Shown here piece after piece: positions 8,632 to 17,952 of a DNA stretch of 64,000 bases; positions within the stretch are counted from its first letter, which is position 1, and each line of letters starts with the position of its first letter. The notes beneath the pieces were generated by a model, which was not told the DNA's origin, made no database searches, and saw only the letters and a program-made list of their open reading frames with translations. The DNA lies in contig CAZGIK010000026.1 of assembly GCA_964525755.1 (NCBI GenBank), forward strand, positions 8,168 to 72,167, in the 5' to 3' direction. This DNA comes from an uncultured Verrucomicrobiota bacterium (lineage in GTDB: Bacteria; Verrucomicrobiota; Verrucomicrobiia; Limisphaerales; UBA9464). The position numbers were made by a program, and so were the translations under genes.

Positions 8632-9077
8632 TCTCCGTCGATGCGAACATCCTCCTGTTCGGTTTCTGCGAAGCGGCGCCGCAGCATGGCAAGGCGCGGG
8701 CCTTCCTTGAATCCCTCGCGGCGCGGGAGGACGTGGCGTTGAGCGAGTTCGTGCTCAGCGAAGTGTATCTGCACCTGCGCAATCCGGCGGTGCTGGCCCA
8801 ACCACTCGGCCCCGCCGAGGCCGTCGCCGTGATCCAATGCTACCGCCGGCATCCCCGATGGCGCGTGCTCGGATTCCCGCAGCGGAGCCGCGACCTGCAC
8901 TCGACCCTGTGGAACGCCGCCGCCTCGTCCGGCTTCGCCCGGCGCCGCATCTACGACCTGCGGACCGCATTGTGCCTCCAGGCATTCGGCGTCACCGAGT
9001 TCGCCACGGCCAATGTGAAGGACTTCGAAGGCACGGGATTCACCCGGGTCTGGAACCCCATCGCCGGCGACTCCTGA
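8628..9077 (+). CDS. vapC: PIN-domain toxin VapC
   Basis: MISVDANILL... with the conserved acidic residues (D5, E-rich LSEFVLSEVY, D at ...IYDLRTA). Size and genetic context are typical of VapC. Confidence 0.85.
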   Translation: MISVDANILLFGFCEAAPQHGKARAFLESLAAREDVALSEFVLSEVYLHLRNPAVLAQPLGPAEAVAVIQCYRRHPRWRVLGFPQRSRDLHSTLWNAAASSGFARRRIYDLRTALCLQAFGVTEFATANVKDFEGTGFTRVWNPIAGDS

Positions 9078-9153
9078 ATGCGGTGGGGGGCCGGCCCCGG
9101 CACGCCCCCGCCCCCCGCTCGCCCCGGTCCCGAAACCGGGCTAGGGTCCCGTC

Positions 9154-10347
9154 GTGCACTTCGGACTGAAGCACAGTGAACTGGCGGATCTCCTCCCACG
9201 GGTCGAGTCGGGCGAACGCCTGAACGAGGCTGATGCCCTCCGTCTCCTGACCACCCGGGACCTCAACGCCCTCGGGGCGCTGGCCGACATCGCCAACCGG
9301 CAGCGGAACGGCAACCGGGCGTCGTACATCCTCAACCGCTACATCAACTACTCCAACTACTGCATCCTGAGCTGCCAGTTCTGCGCCTTCAGCCGCAAGA
9401 AGCGGGACGGCGACGGATTCCAGCTGGATGTCGGCGACATGGTGCAGAAGGCCCGGGAAGCCCTCGCGCTGGGGATCACCGAACTGCACATCGTGGGCGG
9501 CCTGCATCCCTCCCTCCCCTTCGCCCACTACACCGGCTTCCTCCGGGCGCTCAAGGCGGTCGACCCCCGCCTGCAGCTGAAGTGCTTCACCGCCATCGAG
9601 ATCCTCCACCTCGCCTGGCTGGCAAAGAAGTCCGTCGCCGACACCCTCGCGGAACTGCGGGATGCCGGACTCGAATCGCTCACCGGCGGCGGCGCGGAGA
9701 TCTTCGCCCCGGAGGTCCGCTCCCGCATCGCCCGCGGCAAGGAGTCGGCCGACGAGTACCTCGACGTCCACCGCACCTGGCATCGGCTGGGAGGACGCAG
9801 CACCTGCACCATGCTCTACGGTCACATCGAGTCGGCGTCCGACCGGGTGGACCACCTCCGGCGGCTGCGGGAACTGCAGGACGAAACCCGGGGGTTCACC
9901 GGCTTCATTCCCCTGCCCTACCAGCCCGAGAACAACGGCATCCCCGTGGAGCACCCGCCGTCGGGCGCCGACATGCTCCGGACGATCGCCGTCTCCCGGC
10001 TGTACCTCGACAACTTCGACCACATCACCGCGTACTGGGTGGGCATGGGACTGCCCCTCGCCCAGGTGGCCCTGAGCTACGGGGCCGACGACCTGCACGG
10101 GACGATCCTCGAGGAGCACATCTTCCACATGGCGGGCGCGGGCTCGCCCCAGCTCCAGACCGAGCGCGACCTGGTGAAGGCCATCCGCGAAGCCGGACGC
10201 ATCCCCGTCCAACGCGACACCTTCTACCAGCCCCTGCGGGTGTGGGACGAACCCGAGGCCTCGGCCGCGGCGTCCGCACCGGCCGGCGGGGACACCTCGG
10301 GGGACCGCATCCGCGCCACCGAATCCGCCAGCGAGGTGCCGGCGTGA
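9154..10347 (+). CDS. Radical-SAM menaquinone (futalosine pathway) enzyme, MqnE/MqnC family
   Basis: GTG start. INYSNYCILSCQFCAF (CxxxCxxC). Full-length resemblance to aminofutalosine synthase / cyclic dehypoxanthine futalosine synthase. I cannot separate MqnE from MqnC by eye. Confidence 0.85.
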   Translation: MHFGLKHSELADLLPRVESGERLNEADALRLLTTRDLNALGALADIANRQRNGNRASYILNRYINYSNYCILSCQFCAFSRKKRDGDGFQLDVGDMVQKAREALALGITELHIVGGLHPSLPFAHYTGFLRALKAVDPRLQLKCFTAIEILHLAWLAKKSVADTLAELRDAGLESLTGGGAEIFAPEVRSRIARGKESADEYLDVHRTWHRLGGRSTCTMLYGHIESASDRVDHLRRLRELQDETRGFTGFIPLPYQPENNGIPVEHPPSGADMLRTIAVSRLYLDNFDHITAYWVGMGLPLAQVALSYGADDLHGTILEEHIFHMAGAGSPQLQTERDLVKAIREAGRIPVQRDTFYQPLRVWDEPEASAAASAPAGGDTSGDRIRATESASEVPA

Positions 10348-10748
10348 CCGCCCCCTCCGCAACGCCGTCGCTCTTCGAGCGGCTCGGGGGACGCGACGGA
10401 CTGCATCGGATCCTCTCCCGGTTCTACGAGCGGGCCCGACTGGACCCGCTGCTCGGGCCGGTCTTCGCCGCCCATGTCGACGACTGGCCCCGGCATCTGG
10501 AGACGGTGGTCGACTTCTGGTCGAACCACACCGGCGGGCCGGTCCGGTACCGGGGCGGCATGGGACGTCACCTGCGCCTGGGCCTGCGGGAGGAGCATTT
10601 CGGGCGTTGGCTCGCGCTCTGGGGGGAGAACGCCGTCGAACTGGCCGACCCGGACTGCGCCCGGGAACTGGTGGAGATCGCCGGGCATGTCGCCGGCAAC
10701 CTGCGGGCGATGCAGGCCCAGGTCTCCGCCCTGCGGCCGGGAAGTTGA
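10344..10748 (+). CDS. Truncated-hemoglobin-like globin family protein
   Basis: GTGA overlap with the upstream gene. SLFERLGGRDGLHRILSRFYERARLDPLLGPVF... is typical of the trHb N-terminus. Confidence 0.65.
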   Translation: MTAPSATPSLFERLGGRDGLHRILSRFYERARLDPLLGPVFAAHVDDWPRHLETVVDFWSNHTGGPVRYRGGMGRHLRLGLREEHFGRWLALWGENAVELADPDCARELVEIAGHVAGNLRAMQAQVSALRPGS

Positions 10749-10785
10749 TCCACGGAAGGCAGAGGAGCCGGGACGTCAGGGCATG

Positions 10786-10818
10786 AAAAAACCGCGACCC
10801 GGTGGGAGGGATTCGCGG
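10786..10818 (-). terminator. Intrinsic terminator downstream of tRNA-Gly
   Basis: Minus strand: ccgcgaAUcccUCCCACCgggucgcgg followed by UUUUUU (A-run 10786-10791 on the plus strand). Confidence 0.55.
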
Positions 10819-10827
10819 AGGGAAAGC

Positions 10828-10904
10828 TGGAGCGAGTGAAGGGATTCGAACCCTCGACATTCACCTTGGCAAGGTGACGCTCTACCAGGCTGAGCTACAC
10901 TCGC
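10828..10904 (-). tRNA. tRNA-Gly (anticodon GCC), CCA encoded
   Basis: Folded by hand: acceptor GCGAGTG/CACTCGC, D stem GCTC/GAGC, anticodon stem TCACC/GGTGA with loop TTGCCAA, T arm GAGGG-TTCGAAT-CCCTT, then TCCA. Confidence 0.95.
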
Positions 10905-11037
10905 TTCCCGTGACGGCGGAGAAACTGGGTGAACAGGGGGGCAATTGCAAGCGCCCATTTCGGGACCCTGAAACCATCGCGGAGGACTGGCCTCCGCCGG
11001 CCGCCTCCGGTAGATATCGGCCCCGTTGTCCGTGCCC

Positions 11038-12126
11038 ATGAATTCCCTGCCCCTGCCCACCCACCCCTGCGAGCTGGATTTCCTCTCCCTCGGCGCGCTG
11101 GTCCATCGTCTCGATCCCGGCATCATCCCGTTCCGGCGGGCCCGGTCGTTCGACATCCACGTCTCCGGGGGCGAGTACAACGTGGCCGCCAACCTGGCCT
11201 CCTGTTTCGGCCTCCGCACCGGGATCGCCACGGCGATGGTCGACTACGGGATCGGTGAACTGGTGCAGGCCCGGGTACGGGAGATGGGGGTGACCCCCTT
11301 CTACAAGTGGTTCGTCCACGACGGGGTGCGGGGTCCGAACATCGCCACGGTGTTCAGCGACCGCGGCCAGGGGGTGCGTCCCCCGGTGGTGTTCTACAAC
11401 CGGGCCAACGAGGCCGGCGCACTGCTCAAGCCCGGGGACTTCGACTGGGCGGGGATCTTCGGCCGCGGCGTGCGGTGGTTCCATTCGGGCGGGATCTTCG
11501 CCGCCCTCTCCGAGACCACGGCCGAGTTGATCATCGAGGCGCTCCAGGCGGCCAAGGCCGCCGGGGCGGTGACGTCGTTCGACCTGAACTACCGCGCCAA
11601 GCTGTGGGCGACGATCGGGGGAGCGGAGCGGGGCCAGGCCATGATCCGACGGATCGTGTCCCACGTGGATGTCCTGATCGGCAACGAGGAGGACCTCCAG
11701 AAGGGCCTGGGGATCGCCGGCCCGGAGGTGGCGGAGAAGGCGGCCTCGGAACTGGATCCGGAGACCTTCTTCAACATGATCGACCGGGTGACCGCCGCCT
11801 TCCCGAACATCCGCTCGGTGGCCACCACCCTCCGCGAGGTGCACTCGACCAACCGCCACGACTGGGCGGCGGTGCTGTGGCTGAACGGCCAGCGTCACGT
11901 GAGCCCGACCTGCGAGCTCGACGTGGTGGACCGGATCGGGGGCGGGGACGGCTTCGCCGCCGGGTTGATCCACGGCCTCCTCGCCGGACGCCCCCCCGAG
12001 GAGGCGCTCCGCCTGGGTTGGGCCCATGGGGCGCTCCTGACCACCTACCCCGGCGACGTGTCCCTGGCGCGCCTGGAGGAGGTCGAGGCCCTGGCGCGCG
12101 GCGGTTCGGCGCGGGTTCAGCGCTGA
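11038..12126 (+). CDS. PfkB-family sugar kinase (KdgK-like)
   Basis: Start MNSLPLP. Carbohydrate-kinase fold. PfkB signature 2 VVDRIGGGDGFAAGLIHG. Confidence 0.8.
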   Translation: MNSLPLPTHPCELDFLSLGALVHRLDPGIIPFRRARSFDIHVSGGEYNVAANLASCFGLRTGIATAMVDYGIGELVQARVREMGVTPFYKWFVHDGVRGPNIATVFSDRGQGVRPPVVFYNRANEAGALLKPGDFDWAGIFGRGVRWFHSGGIFAALSETTAELIIEALQAAKAAGAVTSFDLNYRAKLWATIGGAERGQAMIRRIVSHVDVLIGNEEDLQKGLGIAGPEVAEKAASELDPETFFNMIDRVTAAFPNIRSVATTLREVHSTNRHDWAAVLWLNGQRHVSPTCELDVVDRIGGGDGFAAGLIHGLLAGRPPEEALRLGWAHGALLTTYPGDVSLARLEEVEALARGGSARVQR

Positions 12127-13292
12127 CCCCCGAGGGCGATCTGCCCCAGGAGCACCGGGTGCCGGGCCCCGGTCGTCTCCGGCAGGTTCCCCGGTTTCCC
12201 CAGCAGGCGCCACGCGGCCAGGAGGGCGAACGCAGCCGGCTCGACCGTGTTCGACGGCCAGCCGAATGCTTCCCCGGTCACGATCTCCACCCCGGGATTC
12301 ACCGCCAGCAGACATCGCCGGATCCGCCCGACCAGGTCGGGATTGGCCGCCCCGCCGCCCACCAGCACCACCCGGGGACGATCGGCTGAGCGGAACCCCG
12401 GCAGATGACGCCGGTAGGCATCCGCCACGCTCCCGGCGGTGAACTCGGCCAGGGTCGCCACGATGTCCGCCCGCCGCCCTCCCGACGGCACCCTCCCCCC
12501 GAGACCCGGCACCAGGTGGTCTTCCCAGAAGCACTCGCCGAAAAGCTCTCGTCCCGTGCTCTTGGGAGGCTTCCGACGCAGGTAGGGATGCCGTTGCCAT
12601 CGGGCCAGCAGGGCTTCGTCAACCTTCCCCGCCGCCGCCATCCTTCCATCACGGTCGAAACGGCGGCGTCCCCCGGTCCAGGTCCGGACCGCCAGGTCGA
12701 GGAGGACATTCGCCGGGCCGGTGTCGAACGCGGTCACCACGGGCGACGCACCCTTCCCGGTCCAGTCGAGGGCGGTGACATTGCTGATGCCTCCCAGGTT
12801 GTTCACCCCGACCCATTCCCCGGGCGCGGCGAAGACCGTCCGATGGAACGCCGTCGCCAGCGGCGCCCCCTGGCCGCCGGCGGCGAGGTCGGCGGCGCGG
12901 AAGTTCGACACCACCGGCACCCCCAGCGTCTCGGCCAGGTAGGACGGTTCCCCCAGTTGGAGGGTGGCCGGGCGACCTGGGGGCGGCTGATGGAAGACCG
13001 TCTGCCCGTGCAACCCGACCGCGTCCGGCCGCAACCCTCCAAGCCCGTCCGACACCACCCGGGCATACAGTCGACCGAGGTCGTGGTGCAGGCGGGCGGC
13101 CTCCCACACGGACGCCGCCCCGGCGGCGGCCGCCTGCAACCGATTCCAGACCGACCGCGGAAACGGGCGCGACCAATGACGGATCCGGCGGACCGAGTCC
13201 GGACCGCAGGCACAGAGCGCGCAGTCGATCCCGTCGAGGCTCGTCCCCGACATCACGCCGACGACCTGAAGTTCCGTGTCCGGGCGGATCAT
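12117..13292 (-). CDS. anmK: Anhydro-N-acetylmuramic acid kinase
   Basis: VGVMSGTSLDGIDCAL N-terminus, with AnmK-like sequence along the whole length. Confidence 0.9.
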   Translation of the reverse strand: MIRPDTELQVVGVMSGTSLDGIDCALCACGPDSVRRIRHWSRPFPRSVWNRLQAAAAGAASVWEAARLHHDLGRLYARVVSDGLGGLRPDAVGLHGQTVFHQPPPGRPATLQLGEPSYLAETLGVPVVSNFRAADLAAGGQGAPLATAFHRTVFAAPGEWVGVNNLGGISNVTALDWTGKGASPVVTAFDTGPANVLLDLAVRTWTGGRRRFDRDGRMAAAGKVDEALLARWQRHPYLRRKPPKSTGRELFGECFWEDHLVPGLGGRVPSGGRRADIVATLAEFTAGSVADAYRRHLPGFRSADRPRVVLVGGGAANPDLVGRIRRCLLAVNPGVEIVTGEAFGWPSNTVEPAAFALLAAWRLLGKPGNLPETTGARHPVLLGQIALGGQR

Positions 13293-13330
13293 CCGGCCCC
13301 ACCCCGCCCCGAACGGGAAGGTCGCTCAAG

Positions 13331-13357
13331 AAAAAAGGCGCCCGGAAACCGGGCGCC
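13331..13357 (-). terminator. Rho-independent terminator after tsf
   Basis: Minus strand: GGCGCCCGG-UUU-CCGGGCGCC followed by UUUUUU, 30 nt after the tsf stop. Confidence 0.75.
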
Positions 13358-13387
13358 CTTGGATGGAAACTTCGGGGATTGCCGGGT

Positions 13388-14230
13388 TCAGCCGATCGCC
13401 TCGCCGACCTGGAACCGGAAGAACCGGCGGACGGTGACGGTGTCGTTCAGCTGCTTGGCCACCGACCCGATGTGGGCCTGGACCTTGAGGTCGGGGTTCT
13501 TCACGAAGCCCTGTTCGAGGAGGCACGCCCCCTCGAGGAACTTGTTCACCTTGCCCTCGATGATCTTGGCGACCGCCTGGGCGGGCTTGCCCTTCACGGC
13601 ATCGCTCTGCGAGGCGATCTCCTTCTCCTTCTCGATGACGCCGGCCGGCATGTCGTCGCGTCCGATGGCCACCGGCGAGGCGGCGGCGATCTGGAGGGTG
13701 ATGTCGCGGACCAGCTGCTTGAAATCCTCGGTGTCAGCGGTCTCGGGACGCTCCGCCCCGACCTCCACCAGCACGCCGACCTTGCCGCCGGTGTGGATGT
13801 AGGCGGCCACGAGGCCGTTGCCGGCCACCTCGAGGCGCTGGTGGCGCCGGATCTGGATGTTCTCGCCGATGCGCGCCACCGCCGCCACGCGGTCCGGCTC
13901 GAGGTCGACCGAGGGATCGGCGGCCACCTTGGCCGCCAGCTCGCCGCAGAACGCCTTGAAGCTGTCGTTGCGGGCCACGAAATCGGTCTCGCAGTTCACC
14001 TCGACGATGACGCCGACCCGTCCGCCCTGGGCGACGGCGGAGGCGATCAGGCCTTCCTTGGCCTCGCGGCCGGCCTTCTTGGCGGCGCTCGCGGCACCCT
14101 TCTTGCGGAGGATGTCCACCGCGGCATCCACGTCGCCGCCCGCCTCGACGAGCGCGTTCTTGCAGTCCATGAGCCCGGCGTTCGTCATCTCACGAAGCCG
14201 GCCCACCATTGCGGGAGTGATATCAGCCAT
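13388..14230 (-). CDS. tsf: Elongation factor Ts
   Basis: MADITPAMVGRLREMTNAGLMDCKNALVEAGGDVDAAVDILRKKG... canonical EF-Ts. Confidence 0.95.
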   Translation of the reverse strand: MADITPAMVGRLREMTNAGLMDCKNALVEAGGDVDAAVDILRKKGAASAAKKAGREAKEGLIASAVAQGGRVGVIVEVNCETDFVARNDSFKAFCGELAAKVAADPSVDLEPDRVAAVARIGENIQIRRHQRLEVAGNGLVAAYIHTGGKVGVLVEVGAERPETADTEDFKQLVRDITLQIAAASPVAIGRDDMPAGVIEKEKEIASQSDAVKGKPAQAVAKIIEGKVNKFLEGACLLEQGFVKNPDLKVQAHIGSVAKQLNDTVTVRRFFRFQVGEAIG

Positions 14231-14278
14231 TGCGTATTCCTTGGAGTCGTGGAGTGGGGAGTGTCCTCGGGGACCCTC

Positions 14279-15085
14279 TCAGGCCGCCGGGGTCGGGCTG
14301 GCCGCCTCGGGGGCGGGCTCGGCCGGGGCGACAACGGTCTCGGGCACCGGCGCCGGGGCGGGAGCCTCGGCCTCGGGCGCCTTGCGGGCCCGCTTGGCCT
14401 CGTACTCGGCACGGGCGGTCGAAACCGCCTCAACCACCGCGCCCAGGATCAGCTTCACCGAGCGGATGGCGTCGTCGTTGCCCGCGATCGGGTAGTCCAC
14501 CAGGTCCGGATCGCAGTTCGTGTCGGTGATCGCCACGATCGGCACCTTGAGGCGACGCGCCTCGGCCACCGCGTTGTGCTCGCGCTTGATGTCCACCACG
14601 AACATGGCGTCCGGCTGGATGTCCATCTGGCGGAGGCCGTCGAGATTCTTCAGCAGGCGCTGGTGCTCCCGGCGGATCATCGACTGCTCCTGCTTCACGT
14701 ACTGGTTGATCGAGCCGTCCTGCTCCATGCGCTCGATCTCCTTCATCCGGGCCATCGACCGCTTCACGGTCTTGAAATTGGTCAGCGTCCCGCCGAGCCA
14801 CCGCTCGGTGACGAAGGACTGTCCGGAGGTCTTGGCGGCGTCCTTGACGGCCTCCTGGGCCTGCTTCTTGGTGCCCACGAAGAGGATCTGGCCGCCCTTG
14901 CCGGCGATCTTGGCCAGGAACTGGCAGGCCTGCTCGAGCTGGTCGACCGTCTTGGACAGGTCGATGACGTGGATCCCGTTGCGCGCCTCAAAGATGAAGG
15001 GCTTCATCTTGGGGTTCCAGCGCCGGGTCTGGTGTCCGAAATGAACTCCCGCCTCGAGGAGTTCCTTGATGCCGATCGTGCTCAT
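14279..15085 (-). CDS. rpsB: 30S ribosomal protein S2
   Basis: Start MSTIGIKELLEAGVHFGHQTRRWNPKM. The ORF-track extension to 15334 is non-coding leader. Confidence 0.95.
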   Translation of the reverse strand: MSTIGIKELLEAGVHFGHQTRRWNPKMKPFIFEARNGIHVIDLSKTVDQLEQACQFLAKIAGKGGQILFVGTKKQAQEAVKDAAKTSGQSFVTERWLGGTLTNFKTVKRSMARMKEIERMEQDGSINQYVKQEQSMIRREHQRLLKNLDGLRQMDIQPDAMFVVDIKREHNAVAEARRLKVPIVAITDTNCDPDLVDYPIAGNDDAIRSVKLILGAVVEAVSTARAEYEAKRARKAPEAEAPAPAPVPETVVAPAEPAPEAASPTPAA

Positions 15086-15427
15086 TCTGTTTTCGACGTC
15101 TTCCAATGTCTGCGGCGCCCCCCGGGACCTGCCCGGGACGCCATCCGGCGGAAGGACCGGATTCGTTTCAGTGTCGTTGTGGTCGCCGACCGCCCTCGCG
15201 GCCGGACATTTACAGACCGTTTCCCCCTCTCCCGGCCTGCGCCGGGAAATCGGGGAGGCGGACCCTACCAGCCACGTCGGTGCGGGCAATCCCCGATTTT
15301 CCCAACGGGAATCGGTCGATCCCACCCGGACCATCGACTACGCAGATGCGCCTACCGGAATCGGCCGCTGGCCCCCGGGCGGTCCCTGGGCTCTACTCCC
15401 GGCGGCGCCGTGCGCGCCCCGGCATCC

Positions 15428-17938
15428 ATGCGCCTTCGGAGATTCACCCCCGCCCTGCGGACCCTGGCCCCGATCCTGTTCGGCGCCCGACTCTTCGCGG
15501 CACCCGACAGGGAACCCGGTCCGTCGGTTGAATCGATTTCCGTCCGGGACGGCCAGGCGCGGGTGGGCTTCGCGCCGTACCCGGCCGCTCTGTACTACGA
15601 GATCGAACGTTCCGGGGGACTGGAGGGGCCGTTCTCGCCGGTTCCCGGTCGGGTGGATTCGGACCACAGCTGGACCGGCCCGGCAGGCGACACGGACATG
15701 GCCTGGTTCCGGGTGCGGGCGCATCCCCTCGACGCCGGGGAGCTGACCGGGGTCCATCTCCTGAACCGGATCGCCTACGGTCCCACACCCGACGCCCTCG
15801 CGCGCCTCCGCGCCATCGGACCCGATGCCTACATCGGGGAGCAACTGGCGCCCGAGACGATCGACGACGTCGTCGACGTCGTCCCGCCGTTCTCCCCGCG
15901 CTGGCGTCGGATGACCGTGACCGGCACCGCCTCGTCCTCGGTGCTGTACGTCTACCTGGAGGATCCGGGGAATGTGTACCTGGATGACATCCGGCTGGTG
16001 GCCGGGGCGGGCGATGACGGGTCCCGGACCAACCTGCTGACCAACGGGAGCTTCGAGCAGGGGCTGTCGACCGGCTGGACGGTCTCGCCGAACCACGCCG
16101 CATCGGCGTTGAGCACGGCGTTCCGGACCGACGGTCGGCTGGGGCTGCACCTGGTCGCCACCGAGGGGGGAACGAGCCGGGGTTCCTCGATCTACCAGAC
16201 CCTCTCGCCCAGGCTTTCCATCGGACAGACCTACACCCTGAGCTACTGGTACCTGACCCGGCCGGACGACATCCGACTGACCCTCCGGCTGAGCGGCAGC
16301 GGGATCGTGAGCCGGCATCGTCTCGATCCCTCCGAGGCCCATCCGGCCGCGATCCGGCCCCGGCTGGAGGACGAGACCGCCTCCATCACCGACCTCCGCA
16401 CCTGGCACACCCTGCGGGCGGTGCAGTCCCGTCGCCAGCTCAACGAGGTGCTGCGCCAGTTCGTCGAGAACCACTTCGTCACCGAGTACACGAAATCCCG
16501 GGAATACTTCGACCGGTACCTCCCCGGGGAGCAGGCCGGCCAGGTGGCCACCGCGATGGAGTACCGGGAGAACCGCCGCTGGGCGGAGGCCCTGCTCCGG
16601 CCGGACGCCACCTTCCACGACCTCCTGCGGATCAGCGCCGAGAGCCCGGCGATGATCATCTACCTCGACACGGTGAACTCGCGCGGCGACGGACGCCGGA
16701 TCGCCAACGAGAACTACGCCCGGGAGCTGTGCGAACTGTTCTGCTTCGGCGTCGACAACGGCTACGGCCAGGGGGACATCGTCGAGATCTCCAAGGCGTG
16801 GACCGGGTGGACCGTCGACATCCTCCCTCCCGGCGAGGAGGGCAACCCGTTCGCGGGTCGGAGCACGGTGGTGCGGCCGGGGACGACCAACGATCCCCCC
16901 CGGCGGTCCGACCTCCTGGGCACCTGGGCCCTGCGCTACCGGGCCGAGCGCCACAACCCGACGGTGAAGCATCTGTTCCATGCGCGGGATGCGGAGGACC
17001 GGATCCTGACCGACACACCGCTCCGGGTTCCGGAGCGGTTCGGTCCCCCGTGGGCCGGGCGGGCGTACGGGCTGCGGCTCGCGAACGGCACGGGGAACGC
17101 CGGGATGCAGGACGGCTACCAGGTCCTCCGCCACATGGCCGACCAGCCGTTCACCCAGGAGTTCATCTCGGTGAAGCTCTGCCGTCTCCTCGTGCACGAC
17201 GACTTCCACATCGGACACGACTTCACCGACGCCGAGTCCACCCCGGAGGAGCGCCTGATCCATGCGTGCATGATGGCCTGGGAGAATCCGCCGGGCGGCG
17301 GTCCCCGGGGGCGGATCCGGGACGTGCTCCGGGTGATCCTCGAGTCGGACCTGTTCCGCAGCCATGCCGCCATCTCCCACAAGGTGCGGGATCCGCTCGA
17401 GTTCGGCGTGGCGGCGGTGCGGGCCCTCCGGGTGGCGCTTTCCGACGGCACCCATGCGGCGACCACCGATGGCGAGGGCCTCCTCGACATGATGAACCGG
17501 GCGGGTCGGATGCGGTTGTTCGACCGTGCGGAGCCGGACGGGTATCCGGAGGACGGTCCCGGATGGATCTCCGCCGGGACCCTCGCCGAGCGCCTGCGCT
17601 TCCTGCAGGCCGCCCTCCATCCGCCGGGACCCGGCCGGCCCGGGGACGCCGGGGACACCTTCCTCGACCCGCTGGCCGTGATCGGGCAGTGGATTCCCCA
17701 GCGCCTCAACGAGGCCGGGGCTGTGGTCGACGTGTTCCTCGACCTGTTGTTCCCGGCGGAGGGCCCCGCGAATCTCGCCCGTTACCGCGAACTGGCCGTC
17801 GGCTACCTCGACACCGGCGACGACGGGGTCACCCCGAGCCCGTTCGCCGACCTCGAGCCCGGCTCGCCGGCCTTCGGCAACCGGGTGCGGGGCATGGTGG
17901 CGTTCCTCATGACCTCGCCCCGTTTCCAGGAGCAGTAA
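15428..17938 (+). CDS. DUF1800-family protein with an inserted CBM4/9-like carbohydrate-binding module
   Basis: Start MRLRRFTPALRTLAPILFGARLFA (signal). Internal NLLTNGSFEQGLSTGWTVSP...YTLSYWY (CBM-like jelly roll). The remainder is DUF1800-like and is followed by its usual DUF1501 partner. Confidence 0.8.
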   Translation: MRLRRFTPALRTLAPILFGARLFAAPDREPGPSVESISVRDGQARVGFAPYPAALYYEIERSGGLEGPFSPVPGRVDSDHSWTGPAGDTDMAWFRVRAHPLDAGELTGVHLLNRIAYGPTPDALARLRAIGPDAYIGEQLAPETIDDVVDVVPPFSPRWRRMTVTGTASSSVLYVYLEDPGNVYLDDIRLVAGAGDDGSRTNLLTNGSFEQGLSTGWTVSPNHAASALSTAFRTDGRLGLHLVATEGGTSRGSSIYQTLSPRLSIGQTYTLSYWYLTRPDDIRLTLRLSGSGIVSRHRLDPSEAHPAAIRPRLEDETASITDLRTWHTLRAVQSRRQLNEVLRQFVENHFVTEYTKSREYFDRYLPGEQAGQVATAMEYRENRRWAEALLRPDATFHDLLRISAESPAMIIYLDTVNSRGDGRRIANENYARELCELFCFGVDNGYGQGDIVEISKAWTGWTVDILPPGEEGNPFAGRSTVVRPGTTNDPPRRSDLLGTWALRYRAERHNPTVKHLFHARDAEDRILTDTPLRVPERFGPPWAGRAYGLRLANGTGNAGMQDGYQVLRHMADQPFTQEFISVKLCRLLVHDDFHIGHDFTDAESTPEERLIHACMMAWENPPGGGPRGRIRDVLRVILESDLFRSHAAISHKVRDPLEFGVAAVRALRVALSDGTHAATTDGEGLLDMMNRAGRMRLFDRAEPDGYPEDGPGWISAGTLAERLRFLQAALHPPGPGRPGDAGDTFLDPLAVIGQWIPQRLNEAGAVVDVFLDLLFPAEGPANLARYRELAVGYLDTGDDGVTPSPFADLEPGSPAFGNRVRGMVAFLMTSPRFQEQ

Positions 17939-17952
17939 CCCCACCCGGTCCC

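Noticed and set aside
10749-11037. tRNA-Gly as the attachment site of an integrated element.
   Set aside because: There is no integrase, no direct repeat of the tRNA 3' end and no compositional shift on either side. The neighbours are ordinary metabolic genes.
15086-15427. A structured rpsB leader or riboswitch in the 340-bp rpsB/DUF1800 divergent region.
   Set aside because: I found only short local hairpins and no motif I can match to a known leader. I cannot support a call without covariance or model searches.
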